Origin: a virus | Strand: one strand, 5' to 3' | DNA length: 64,000 bases | Virus record (IMG/VR): IMGVR_UViG_3300046501_000558 | Coordinates: 17,478-81,477 of that record | The notes under the pieces: generated by a model | Seen by the model: the letters and a program-made list of their open reading frames with translations, nothing else | Told to the model about the DNA's origin: nothing | Database searches by the model: none | Part shown: positions 19,227 through 28,194 of the stretch, in pieces | Layout of the letters: each line of letters starts with the position of its first letter | How positions within the stretch are numbered: the first letter of the stretch is position 1 | Program-made: the position numbers and the translations under genes

Positions 19227-20198
19227 TTAAAAGCCCTCAAAATTAGTGATGTTTGGAGCTGCTACAGGTTCCGGAATTTGCTGTGACATTGGAGTTTGTA
19301 TTGTTTGAGGCAAAATAAATCGATCAAAATTTTTAGTTTTTGAAGAAGTGGGTTTCTTAACATCATTATGAGCAGTACTACCAAGGGCTTTAAGTCTGGC
19401 AACATGTGCTCTTTGGCCTGATGTCGAATGATGAATTTTCAAAAGAAATTTAATGAAGTTATTCAAACGTTGATGATCAGAGATCTTTTTGTATTGATGA
19501 TGATTAACGTTGAAATCAATAAGCAAAGCATCAAGTTGCTTTTGTGTTTGAACTAACAATCCTAAACCAGCCATCTTTATGCGTGCTGCTACAATTGGAT
19601 CATCTAGTTTTAGATGGTAACGCTGCAATAGATCATTTTCGTTTTCCATATCCCCCACCCTCTTATTAAATATTAAATTACTTCTTAACTCATTGTATTT
19701 ATTAGTTAAGGATTTACCGTCAACGGGAAACCCGTTTGCGGTTTCATCTTTTGGATCATTAATCTGTGCTTCAAAGTCGAAGCCGAGTTGAGCCTTTTCA
19801 AGCAATTTTGCAGCATCATTTTCACAAGACTGGCCGTCTTCAATTACAGCCATAATTTTTCCATCTTGAGCGCTTTCAAAAATTTGATATACGACTTTGC
19901 CAAAGGTCCCATCAGAATTTTTAATTTGGGTTTTTTTGATATAACCCGCTTCATCAAGACGGTTAAGCATGCCTTGAATGGCATCTCTCCCCTCTTTACC
20001 TCGATTGATTAAAGCTTGAACACAAACCCGATGTTTATCACCCCATGAAAGGAGTTCAACCAGTAGGCCTTTATCAGACCGTTTAATATTTGGGTCCCTC
20101 AAAAGTTTGTTCGAAATTACCGTGTAAGGGTTGTCTTTACTATGTTCGGCACGAAAGATCGTCCGTTCTAGGATTTCTAGTACAGCTAAATTGGTCAT
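19227..20198 (-). CDS. Lytic replication initiator (HTH, O-like)
   Basis: NPYTVISN.LLRD..I...KGLL..LLS...L.EAGYI N-terminal wHTH typical of phage replication proteins; adjacent to DnaC. Confidence 0.75.
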   Translation of the reverse strand: MTNLAVLEILERTIFRAEHSKDNPYTVISNKLLRDPNIKRSDKGLLVELLSWGDKHRVCVQALINRGKEGRDAIQGMLNRLDEAGYIKKTQIKNSDGTFGKVVYQIFESAQDGKIMAVIEDGQSCENDAAKLLEKAQLGFDFEAQINDPKDETANGFPVDGKSLTNKYNELRSNLIFNKRVGDMENENDLLQRYHLKLDDPIVAARIKMAGLGLLVQTQKQLDALLIDFNVNHHQYKKISDHQRLNNFIKFLLKIHHSTSGQRAHVARLKALGSTAHNDVKKPTSSKTKNFDRFILPQTIQTPMSQQIPEPVAAPNITNFEGF

Positions 20199-20214
20199 GT
20201 TTATATCCGGTTGA

Positions 20215-20496
20215 TTAGCTTCTTATTAGTTGCTCTACAGTCACAGCACCTTTTGATGCTTCGGAGAGTGCTTTTGCAGCTGAATATGAAATTGCTGTTT
20301 CACCGCTTAAATATCTACTCATTGTTCCCTGAGAAACTTTTAGCTTCAAAGCTGCCTCTTCTTGGCTACGAAATAACAATCTAAAGTTAGTCTGTAAAAG
20401 CAAAAGCTTCTCTTGATTATCAGTAGAAAGCCCCATAAAAATTTTATTCAAACGAGCTTCACGTGACGCTCGTCTCACAGTATTAACATTTTGCAT
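20215..20496 (-). CDS. Cro-like HTH repressor
   Basis: SQEEAALKLKVSQGTMSRYLSG HTH; divergent from CI. Confidence 0.8.
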   Translation of the reverse strand: MQNVNTVRRASREARLNKIFMGLSTDNQEKLLLLQTNFRLLFRSQEEAALKLKVSQGTMSRYLSGETAISYSAAKALSEASKGAVTVEQLIRS

Positions 20497-20724
20497 ACTT
20501 GTATTATATATACCAATTATGTATAAAACTGTTTAATAATATGCGTTTGTGTATAAATTTACAATGCCTTTAATTCTACGTACGTACTTTTCTGTCTATA
20601 TGAAAATGTGTATTAAATGCATAAAATGCGAATGTGATTATACGCTAGTGCATTTATATGGTTTTATAATGCCTTTTATAACGTATTGTATTAATTATAA
20701 TTCTTTGACTTTCGAGGATACAAA

Positions 20725-21444
20725 ATGTCAAATATTAACTCTCTTCCTGATAATAAAAATTTAATAGCAAATACAATTGGCGATCGTATTGAAGCACTAA
20801 TGTTAAAGAATAAAATTGATCAAGAAACATTGGCTAAAAGTGCTGGAACAACACAACCAACTATAAGCAGAATTATGTCTGGTAAGACTTCCAATAGTAG
20901 AACCATTCCTAAAATTGCGAACGTTTTAAATACAACTGTTGAGTATTTAGTCTTTGGAACGGGAATTGAATCTCTTTCTTCATCAGAAGCGTCGGAAAGT
21001 TTGCGTATAAAAGAAAATGATTTTATGCTAATTCGCATGTATGACAATGTGTCCGAGAACACAGACCTGCATACGAATAAAAATGCTGAGGACATTTTAA
21101 TGTTAGAAAAGAGTTTGATACCACTGGGGTCCTGTTCAGATGATTTACGTTATTTAAAAGTTGATGATAATTCTATGTCGCCTAAAATACCTGTGTCAGC
21201 GCGAGTATTCTTCAATATGAAAGATACTAATGTTATTGCGGGTAAAGCATATGCTATAAAATACGGACACTTACGTGAACAAGTAAGAATTTTATATCCT
21301 CTACCAGACGGTGGTTATCGAGTTAGAGTAACTACAGAAATGTCAGAAGAATTTCCAGAAATTCAAGTTAGTAAGCAAGAAATTGATAATCAAACCTTCA
21401 AAGTTTTGGGGCGGGTATTTAGTGTTACTTCCCTATGGGAATAA
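20725..21444 (+). CDS. CI-like repressor (HTH plus S24-like domain)
   Basis: IGDRI...QETLAKSAGTTQPTISRI HTH; VDDNSMSP and VLGRV of the S24 domain. Confidence 0.88.
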   Translation: MSNINSLPDNKNLIANTIGDRIEALMLKNKIDQETLAKSAGTTQPTISRIMSGKTSNSRTIPKIANVLNTTVEYLVFGTGIESLSSSEASESLRIKENDFMLIRMYDNVSENTDLHTNKNAEDILMLEKSLIPLGSCSDDLRYLKVDDNSMSPKIPVSARVFFNMKDTNVIAGKAYAIKYGHLREQVRILYPLPDGGYRVRVTTEMSEEFPEIQVSKQEIDNQTFKVLGRVFSVTSLWE

Positions 21445-21459
21445 TGTTTTATGAATAGA

Positions 21460-21482
21460 ACGGGCGAAAGCCCGTTTTTTTA
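21460..21482 (+). terminator. Intrinsic terminator after cI
   Basis: ACGGGC-GAAA-GCCCGT followed by T tract. Confidence 0.85.
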
Positions 21483-21644
21483 TGCATACAAAGGTGAATA
21501 ATTAAATGCTTTTATGTATACAAATCAAAAATATTTACAAATTGTTACGTTTATAAATGCGCATAAAAATAAAACTATTTATGCAAGCTTGCATAAAAAT
21601 ATGCAGTTATGTATATTTAAGACCTGTTACTTAGGAGCTTAAAT

Positions 21645-21992
21645 ATGCAAACAACCCTACATGTACAAGAACCTGTACAGGTTCATGTACAAAAATCTAA
21701 TTCTGTTAAGCTAAATTTAATTTTAGTGCAAATCATTTTATTTGTTTTAACTTGCATTATTCACCTTATTTTAGTTCTTCGTTCAATTAAGTCATTTTTT
21801 ACGTATGTATTTACTATCCCTTTAGTTGGCTACGTTTCTGTGTATGTAATTTTAAGTGCCCTCTCCTTCTTATTTGTTGTACATGTGGTCGATGCTAATG
21901 AAATCGAACAAGAAGGACGATTTCAAGCTAACCAGCATTACATTCAACTAGTTGAGACAAAGAACCCCGAAGGAATATTTATTTATAAATAA
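21645..21992 (+). CDS. Membrane protein with two TM helices
   Basis: AGGAG RBS; two long hydrophobic segments. Confidence 0.65.
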   Translation: MQTTLHVQEPVQVHVQKSNSVKLNLILVQIILFVLTCIIHLILVLRSIKSFFTYVFTIPLVGYVSVYVILSALSFLFVVHVVDANEIEQEGRFQANQHYIQLVETKNPEGIFIYK

Positions 21993-21993
21993 A

Positions 21994-22090
21994 TGATCAT
22001 TTTTCCGTATGTGCAAATGATCATTTACACATTTGATCAAATGTTCATATGTGCAAAGGATCAATCCTAAAAACACACAAAAGATCAAAT
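21994..22090. repeat. 8-bp-phased TGNNCA array (candidate parS)
   Basis: TGATCATT.TTTCCGTA.TGTGCAAA.TGATCATT.TACACATT.TGATCAAA.TGTTCATA.TGTGCAAA. Confidence 0.7.
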
Positions 22091-22117
22091 TTATATTATT
22101 AATTTTAAGGAGCGTTT

Positions 22118-22861
22118 ATGAACCAATTTATACTGCAACAAGATGTCCAGCTTGAGACGAAAGGTTTCGCCGTTTTGAATGGGCTTTTGAATATTCAAAA
22201 AAAACTAGCAATCACGGGTATACCAAAAGATAGACGTACAAAAAGTACAAACCAACGTTTTCAAAACTTCAATTTCCGAAGTATTGATGATTTTTATAAT
22301 GCCATCTCACCTTTATTGGCTGAAGAAAGCATTATATGTATGCCTGATGTTCTTGAACAAACACAGACAACAATCCAAACTCCTAACGGAAGTACTCAGC
22401 GTTTTTCATTTGTAAGAGTTAAATATACTTTTATTTCCTGTATAGATGGTTCATACAAATCAGGTGTATGTGTAGGTGAAGCTATGGACTCAGCTGATAA
22501 GTCTCTTTCGAAAGCAATGAGTATTGCCCAAAAAACTTTTTTTGAACAAGCCTTTTCTATTCCTACGACGCCACAAGAAAATAATCGATTTTTTATGGGT
22601 AGCGAAATAGTTCAAATAAACAATCATCAGTTATCTGAAAACAATACAATTAGTTCAAGTAGTACCTTCCCGACCCAAGAAGAATTTGATCAATTTATAA
22701 AGCTGCTAGGTGCAATAGGAAGGTCTTATCAAGCATATTTAACAAAACGTCAGTTAAGACATGAGCAGATAACGCGAGACATTCTTAGAGTAGAAACTTC
22801 TAAGATTGAAAAATATATCAATAATCAAAATTCCAGTAATTGTGTTGCTGTGTACCAATGA
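22118..22861 (+). CDS. ERF-family single-strand annealing protein
   Basis: NFRSIDD.YNAISPLLAE...DGS...GEAMDSADKS.SKAMS.A.K..F.QAF.IPT. Confidence 0.88.
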   Translation: MNQFILQQDVQLETKGFAVLNGLLNIQKKLAITGIPKDRRTKSTNQRFQNFNFRSIDDFYNAISPLLAEESIICMPDVLEQTQTTIQTPNGSTQRFSFVRVKYTFISCIDGSYKSGVCVGEAMDSADKSLSKAMSIAQKTFFEQAFSIPTTPQENNRFFMGSEIVQINNHQLSENNTISSSSTFPTQEEFDQFIKLLGAIGRSYQAYLTKRQLRHEQITRDILRVETSKIEKYINNQNSSNCVAVYQ

Positions 22862-22930
22862 TCATTTTTTTATATGTGTAAATGATCATTTGCACATATG
22901 ATCATAAATACATTTGATCATTTACACGGT
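22851..22930. repeat. 8-bp-phased TGNNCA array (candidate parS)
   Basis: TGATCA/TGTGTA/TGATCA/TGCACA/TGATCA boxes in 8-bp register. Confidence 0.7.
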
Positions 22931-22994
22931 TGAGTGAATGATCAGTATTGGATTTGATCATTAGGAGATATGATTTTTTAGCCAATAGAGAAAA

Positions 22995-23283
22995 TGATCA
23001 GAAGACCGAATGATCATTTAAACAAAAGATCATATGTTGTTTTGACTTAGTGATCATTATAAGAACTGATCATTTGTGGAAATGATCTTTTATCCAAAAG
23101 TTAAATTGATCAGAAGTTCGAATGATCATTTAAACAAAAGATCATAGGTAGTTTTGAGTTAGTGATCATTATAAAAACTGATCATTTGTGGAAATGATCT
23201 TTTATCCAAAAGTTAAATTGATCAGAAGTTCGAATGATCATTTAAACAAAAGATCATAGGTAGTTTTGAGTTAGTGATCATTA
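22995..23283. repeat. 112-bp tandem direct repeat (about 2.6 copies), GATC-rich
   Basis: TGATCAGAAG unit starts at 22995, 23107 and 23219. Confidence 0.85.
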
Positions 23284-23298
23284 GTTAATTATTGGCTT

Positions 23299-23575
23299 TG
23301 TACAAAAGTGTAAATGATCACAAGTGTAAATGATCATTTGTATGTACTACCAAGGGATCTTTATTTAAGTGGAATTTTTTGGAAATAAGTTTAACTCCAT
23401 AAATATGGATTATTTTCCGTCTACCTTATTTGGAGGTGTAAAAGAACTAAAGATTTAGCGGTCATAAGTAGTTGTAAATTTAAATTGATCAAAAACATAA
23501 ATGATCATATGTACAAATGATCATTTGTAAAATTGATCTTTTGTGTAAATGAACTATTGTACAAGTGAACATAAT
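23299..23575. repeat. Two 8-bp-phased TGNNCA arrays upstream of parA (operator/centromere)
   Basis: Arrays at 23299-23345 and 23486-23575. Confidence 0.7.
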
Positions 23576-23705
23576 GAGTAAAATGATTAAACCCGATGTA
23601 CATGGCACTGCAAATACCTGTTTTAAAAATGCTTGTATTTGCCTAATTTGTAAAAACGTCAAAAGCAAATTGATAAGTGACTATGTAAACAATATGGATT
23701 TCCGC

Positions 23706-24341
23706 ATGAAAACAAAATATATCTCGTCGTTACAGCTAAAGGGTGGGGTTGGTAAATCAACTCTAGCTACTAACCTTGTTGGTTATTTCATCTCAAAAAA
23801 GAAAAAAGTATTAGGTATTGATGCAGATATGAAACAGGGGACTATGTTCGCATGGTCTAAAATGTTCTCTCATGAGAATTATAAATCTGTTGGTGTTCGC
23901 AACATTGATGAGTTATTAGAAGTTCTACGTGATGCTAACGGCGTTTACGATATCGTCATTACAGATCTACCTCCGCGTATTGAAGAACTTGCGAGTTCTG
24001 CACTTTTGTTTAGTGACTTAGTCTTATTGCCTGTCCCGATTTCTGCTCCCGATGTATGGGCTGCCTCTGATCTTGAAAAACTAATAACTGCTGCAAAGCA
24101 AGAGGGTGACGTTACTCTTCGTGTTGTTTGGAATAAATTTAAAACAACGAAACGAAATGTTGAAATGAAAGACGAAGTTAAAGATCTTTTAGGGCATGAA
24201 GAAATCAAACAAGTTATTTCTGATTATATTGCTTATAGATATGTAATAGGTATTGGCTCTTGGGTGGGTGAATATACTCACCAAAAAGCTAAAGCTGAAT
24301 TTTTAGAATTCTGTAAAGAAGTTGAAAAGTTAATTAAATAG
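23706..24341 (+). CDS. parA: ParA partition ATPase (short type Ib)
   Basis: Deviant Walker A KGGVGKSTLA, IDAD.KQG, DIVITDLPP; no N-terminal HTH; start taken at MKTKY. Confidence 0.92.
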   Translation: MKTKYISSLQLKGGVGKSTLATNLVGYFISKKKKVLGIDADMKQGTMFAWSKMFSHENYKSVGVRNIDELLEVLRDANGVYDIVITDLPPRIEELASSALLFSDLVLLPVPISAPDVWAASDLEKLITAAKQEGDVTLRVVWNKFKTTKRNVEMKDEVKDLLGHEEIKQVISDYIAYRYVIGIGSWVGEYTHQKAKAEFLEFCKEVEKLIK

Positions 24342-24351
24342 TGAGGTTGAT

Positions 24352-24618
24352 ATGACGACGACGAGGCCGAAGCCGCAATTTCAGAAACCAGGAGATGCTA
24401 ACGATCGTTTTTCTAGTGCAGCTCAATTTGCTAAGTCTACAAAAGAAATTGACTCTACAACTTCTATTGTTGATGAGGGGCGCGAAAGCTGGGAGTGCCC
24501 GAACGATTTGCGCAAGCAGTTGAAGCACTTTATTGTTGACTCCAGCAAGTTTAAAACCAAAAAAGAATTTTTAAATCAATGCCTCAGAGATGGTCTGGAA
24601 AAATACCAAGGCAAATAA
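24352..24618 (+). CDS. Putative ParG-like centromere-binding protein (RHH)
   Basis: 88 aa directly after parA with GAGG RBS; flexible N-terminus, C-terminal beta-helix-helix pattern. Confidence 0.6.
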   Translation: MTTTRPKPQFQKPGDANDRFSSAAQFAKSTKEIDSTTSIVDEGRESWECPNDLRKQLKHFIVDSSKFKTKKEFLNQCLRDGLEKYQGK

Positions 24619-24623
24619 AAAGG

Positions 24624-24652
24624 AACCTAGGCTGAAAACCTAGGTTTTTTTT
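24624..24652 (+). terminator. Terminator after par operon
   Basis: AACCTAGG-CTGAAAA-CCTAGGTT followed by T tract. Confidence 0.75.
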
Positions 24653-24737
24653 CAATAATAGTTAATTTATACAATAATGTATTATATGCGTTTTACGCAT
24701 ATAGCCTAAGAAACATATGCAATTAAAAAAATTAAAA

Positions 24738-24849
24738 AGATCAATCGTACATATGTACTAATGATCAAATGTAAAAAAAATCATAATGAACTTTGATCAA
24801 ATGATCAAATGATCAAATGATCAAATGATCAAATGATCAAATGATCATT
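24738..24849. repeat. 8-bp-phased array ending in seven consecutive TGATCA boxes
   Basis: TGATCA at 24794, 24802, 24810, 24818, 24826, 24834, 24842, in register with boxes at 24738-24770. Confidence 0.9.
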
Positions 24850-24869
24850 AGTAAATTATTGATTATTAG

Positions 24870-26078
24870 CTAATTAATTACAGAACAAAACTTATTATCT
24901 AAGTAATCTGCCCACCATTGCATCATTTTGGAACGGTGCTCAACATACTCAGCATGGTTGTATGTGCCGCGTACTTTGTTTTCGTCGGCATGTGAAAGTT
25001 GTGCTTCGATCCATTCGCGTTTAAATAATCCTGAATCATTTAGTACTGTGCTCATGGTTGCTCGTAATCCATGGGGAGATAATTCATCGTTTGTATATCC
25101 CATTCGACGTATAAGTTGACAGAAAACATTGACGCCCATTTGCTTATTTGCTTTGTAAGGGCTATTGAAAAGGTACTTTTCGCCAGCGCTCCAAGCCTCA
25201 GCTTCCTTAATAATTTCTATAACTTGGTCTGAAAGCGGGATTAGATATTCTGGAACATTTGGATCTATAAGAGCCAGTTTTCTAAGCTGCTTTACATTCT
25301 CAGGTGGGATTCGCCAAACCTTTTTATCTAAATCAAACTGAGTTATTTGTGCTTGTCGGACTTCGGCACTTCGAACACCGGTATATGCTAAAAGTCTCAA
25401 AGCACGTTTAGTAATTGGAAATGCTTCAGCTTGTTCAAGTCGCGGACCAAAATCACTAAGCTCTGAATCTCTTAAATGCGGGTAATTACGTTTTACTGTA
25501 TTGATTGCTATAAGTGATCTTAAATTGTCTGCAAGGTTGTATTCACAGTATTCATGCAGAACGGCGAATTTATAAATATCTTTAAGATAAGTACATGTCT
25601 TTTCGACCGTATTTTTTGCTTCTCGTACTTCAATTGATCTAATTAGTTGGATTAAATCTAATTTGGTCACTTCACTAAAAGTTTTTTCTCCTAAGGCTGG
25701 CAATATGTCAAAATCAAGTGAATTCCTAGAAGTCTTTATCATTCCAGCCCGAGGAATTTCACCAAGGTATTTTTTTTGTCGGAATGCATGCCAGCTTTCT
25801 GCCACATCTCCAAAAGTTAGAATCTTTGGTTTAATAATAGGTTCAACGCTTTTGTTTTTTTGAAAATTGTCTCTTAATGTGCGGGCTTCTTTTAGGCTAA
25901 TCTCTGGGTACATGCCAATTTTAACAAGTGGTCGTTTTCCCGATGAATCTGTATATCTAACTTTCCATGTTTTTTTCCCAGAGATGTTAATGTATAGATA
26001 TAAGCCATCACCGTCATTCACACAGAAAACTTCTGTTGACGGTTTGAGCTGGCGTATCTTAGTTTCGGTAAGAGCCAT
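24870..26078 (-). CDS. Tyrosine integrase (P4-type, with arm-binding domain)
   Basis: MALTETKIR..DGDGLYL...G.YPEISLKEAR; catalytic TGVRSAE, PHGLR, QLSH, TYNHAEY. Confidence 0.93.
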   Translation of the reverse strand: MALTETKIRQLKPSTEVFCVNDGDGLYLYINISGKKTWKVRYTDSSGKRPLVKIGMYPEISLKEARTLRDNFQKNKSVEPIIKPKILTFGDVAESWHAFRQKKYLGEIPRAGMIKTSRNSLDFDILPALGEKTFSEVTKLDLIQLIRSIEVREAKNTVEKTCTYLKDIYKFAVLHEYCEYNLADNLRSLIAINTVKRNYPHLRDSELSDFGPRLEQAEAFPITKRALRLLAYTGVRSAEVRQAQITQFDLDKKVWRIPPENVKQLRKLALIDPNVPEYLIPLSDQVIEIIKEAEAWSAGEKYLFNSPYKANKQMGVNVFCQLIRRMGYTNDELSPHGLRATMSTVLNDSGLFKREWIEAQLSHADENKVRGTYNHAEYVEHRSKMMQWWADYLDNKFCSVIN

Positions 26079-26146
26079 TTAGAAAGTAGTTAATTGTTTG
26101 ACGGTATGGCTACGATATTTTATTTTTATTCAAAATACAAGAAATC

Positions 26147-26175
26147 ATCGTGATGCTTATTATAAGCATCACGAT
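26147..26175. repeat. Perfect 14-bp inverted repeat upstream of the integrase
   Basis: ATCGTGATGCTTAT-T-ATAAGCATCACGAT. Confidence 0.8.
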
Positions 26176-26279
26176 CTATAGTACGACTGTTTAATATAAA
26201 GGGTTTTGTGCTGGTGTATAAATAAAAGTAGCCGCAAAAGTTGCCAATTAATCAACGGCCACTTTTTTATCAAATTACC

Positions 26280-26990
26280 TTATGACGCGGGAGCAAGACA
26301 GAATGATAAGTAAGGATAACCATTGTCATTTTGTGCAATGTAAGAAGCAGAAGGGTTTGCAGGTATTTCAAATGTTGAAGGCTCACTAGCGTCTACAATC
26401 TCAATTCGAATACGAACATATTTATCAGATGTATTTTCGAAACGGGCACCTTGGGCACCATTGTAGTAACCGTTAACGTTTGCCACTGGTTGCCATGCAG
26501 CATCTACAGCTGTAAGAACTACACCATGAACGTTCATTAGGTAATTTTTAAAATCATCACCTCTAAATATTCTAGTATTAGAGAATTGATCGTCATTCAC
26601 GTATAAGAAATAAGTACCTCCATCTGAAAGAATTTGTGCCCCCATTCTTGAAGTGGCATTAGCACAACCGATAGGTATTACCGTATCGCCATTATTACCT
26701 GTATTTCCGTTATTGATGGGTTCTCCATTTACTCGCAATACTTGAATGCTCGGTATATTGGTATCAAGTGCATCTTGTACGGCGACATAATCTAGATTTT
26801 TAGGATCAAAGCCAAGCATACCGCGAATGTTTGCTTTAGTAATAGTCATTGGTCGATCTAAGCGACCACGCTTAAACTTACCGATCAGAATATTATTAAT
26901 TGATGCGGATCCTGTAGAACCTGTTTTGTCTGTAACGCCCTGGTATTGGATACCGGGTTCGTTGCCTAAAATTGATGTGATTTGTGGCAT
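26280..26990 (-). CDS. Virion module protein A (sheath-like constant N-terminus plus variable C-terminus)
   Basis: First 87 aa nearly identical to 59081..59740; late promoter upstream. Confidence 0.65.
   Translation of the reverse strand: MPQITSILGNEPGIQYQGVTDKTGSTGSASINNILIGKFKRGRLDRPMTITKANIRGMLGFDPKNLDYVAVQDALDTNIPSIQVLRVNGEPINNGNTGNNGDTVIPIGCANATSRMGAQILSDGGTYFLYVNDDQFSNTRIFRGDDFKNYLMNVHGVVLTAVDAAWQPVANVNGYYNGAQGARFENTSDKYVRIRIEIVDASEPSTFEIPANPSASYIAQNDNGYPYLSFCLAPAS
26731..26990. repeat. 260-bp direct repeat, copy 1 (copy 2 at 59481..59740)
   Basis: Colinear near-identical DNA at offset 32750. Confidence 0.85.
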
Positions 26991-27014
26991 AAGTTTTACC
27001 TCTGTTTTTTTTGT

Positions 27015-27055
27015 ATTTTGAGGTAGTTCTTTTGAGCTGATTTATTAAAATTCCT
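27015..27055 (-). promoter_or_regulatory. Putative late promoter (AGGAAT-N29-CAAAAT)
   Basis: Motif copy with 29-bp spacing. Confidence 0.65.
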
Positions 27056-27234
27056 TATAAAAAAGAGGGTAGGACCCTCTTGAGAGATGCACAAAAAATA
27101 CTATATTTTAATAAGTTGCCCCATCTTATTTACCACATTAAAAGTAATTTTTCCGATCGTAGCCCCTTCGGTGCCATTAGTCATTCTATAAGTCATTGAG
27201 GTTCTGGCTCTCCTGGTTGTAGTTCAGGTTGCGG

Positions 27235-27537
27235 CTAGGGATCTTCTGGGAAAAATTGTTCGGTATAAATGCGTAAAACTGATATTTCAGCGATCCCATT
27301 ATCTAGAGCATCATGAACGGCAACGTAATCAGGATTCCAAGGCTCATGACCTAATACGGCGCGAACATTGGCTTTTGTCACTTTCATTGGCGTATCAAGA
27401 CGACCGCGTTTAAATTTTCCAATAAAGACATTGTTAATAGGAGCTTTAGGGGCGTTATCATCGATAACGTTTACCCCATTGTTTTGAATTCCTGATTCGT
27501 TTTGAAGATAGGTAGTTATATGAGCCATGATTATCAA
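27235..27537 (-). CDS. Virion module protein C (constant domain only, possibly truncated)
   Basis: PINNVFIGKFKRGRLDTPMKVTKANVRAVLG..P.NPDYVAV.DALD..I..I.VLR shared with the two paralogues. Confidence 0.6.
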   Translation of the reverse strand: MIIMAHITTYLQNESGIQNNGVNVIDDNAPKAPINNVFIGKFKRGRLDTPMKVTKANVRAVLGHEPWNPDYVAVHDALDNGIAEISVLRIYTEQFFPEDP

Positions 27538-27573
27538 ATAAATGAGCCCTGCAATTCAGGGCTTTAAAAATAA

Positions 27574-28194
27574 TTAAGATACAAAAAGCTGTTTCTCTGC
27601 AGTACGGCGGTTTGCTAAACCTTCCACCTTTCTGCCTGCATCAAACACCCAGCGATCAAACTGTTCAGCTGCGGCGCGACCTTGATTTGCATTGATCAAG
27701 CGTAGCATCGTACTTTTGGTAAATTGGGTTTCACCCACGTTATAGACAAAGCTTGCTAGTGCATCGAATTGATTTTGTGTAATGCTTACAGTCACATATC
27801 GATCAAGACATGCATCAACCCATTTACAATCATTAATAAGCCATTGTGTCGCTTGATCTTCTGTACATGTGTCGCCCTGTTTTACTGAACGGCCATCAGG
27901 ATATTTAATAGTACCGAAGCCAATAGTCCAAACATTGCCTGTATCCAAATATGCGCTTGCTCGAAAGCCTTCTAACTTTTTGATTAGTGCATAACCTTTA
28001 GGTGAGATATCTCGAGAACCTGAAACACCGTTTAGCGTAAAGCTAATTGATTTAGCAAAAGTCTCTAAACCTACGGCTGCAATAATTTGGTCGCTTGCCG
28101 TAACCTGATCATGTGTTAATACTCCGCCAGACATGGCTTTTAACCACGAAAAAGCTGCAGCAATTTGCTCTTTATTTCCGTTCATAAGTCGCAT
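27574..28194 (-). CDS. Endolysin, GH24 lysozyme
   Basis: LIKKLEGFR..AY.DTGNVWTIGFGT, QNQFDALASFVYNVG, GLANRRTAEKQLF. Confidence 0.95.
   Translation of the reverse strand: MRLMNGNKEQIAAAFSWLKAMSGGVLTHDQVTASDQIIAAVGLETFAKSISFTLNGVSGSRDISPKGYALIKKLEGFRASAYLDTGNVWTIGFGTIKYPDGRSVKQGDTCTEDQATQWLINDCKWVDACLDRYVTVSITQNQFDALASFVYNVGETQFTKSTMLRLINANQGRAAAEQFDRWVFDAGRKVEGLANRRTAEKQLFVS

Noticed and set aside
22995-23283. Possible CRISPR array
   Set aside because: Whole 112-bp units repeat, with no unique spacers and no cas genes
26147-26175. Hairpin telomere (telRL) of a linear phage-plasmid
   Set aside because: The adjacent enzyme is an arm-type integrase, no protelomerase is visible, and the palindrome is short
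26280-27537. Invertible shufflon or diversity-generating retroelement for the module genes
   Set aside because: All copies are in direct orientation, no inverted crossover sites or reverse transcriptase are seen, and the variable parts are unrelated rather than A-mutated
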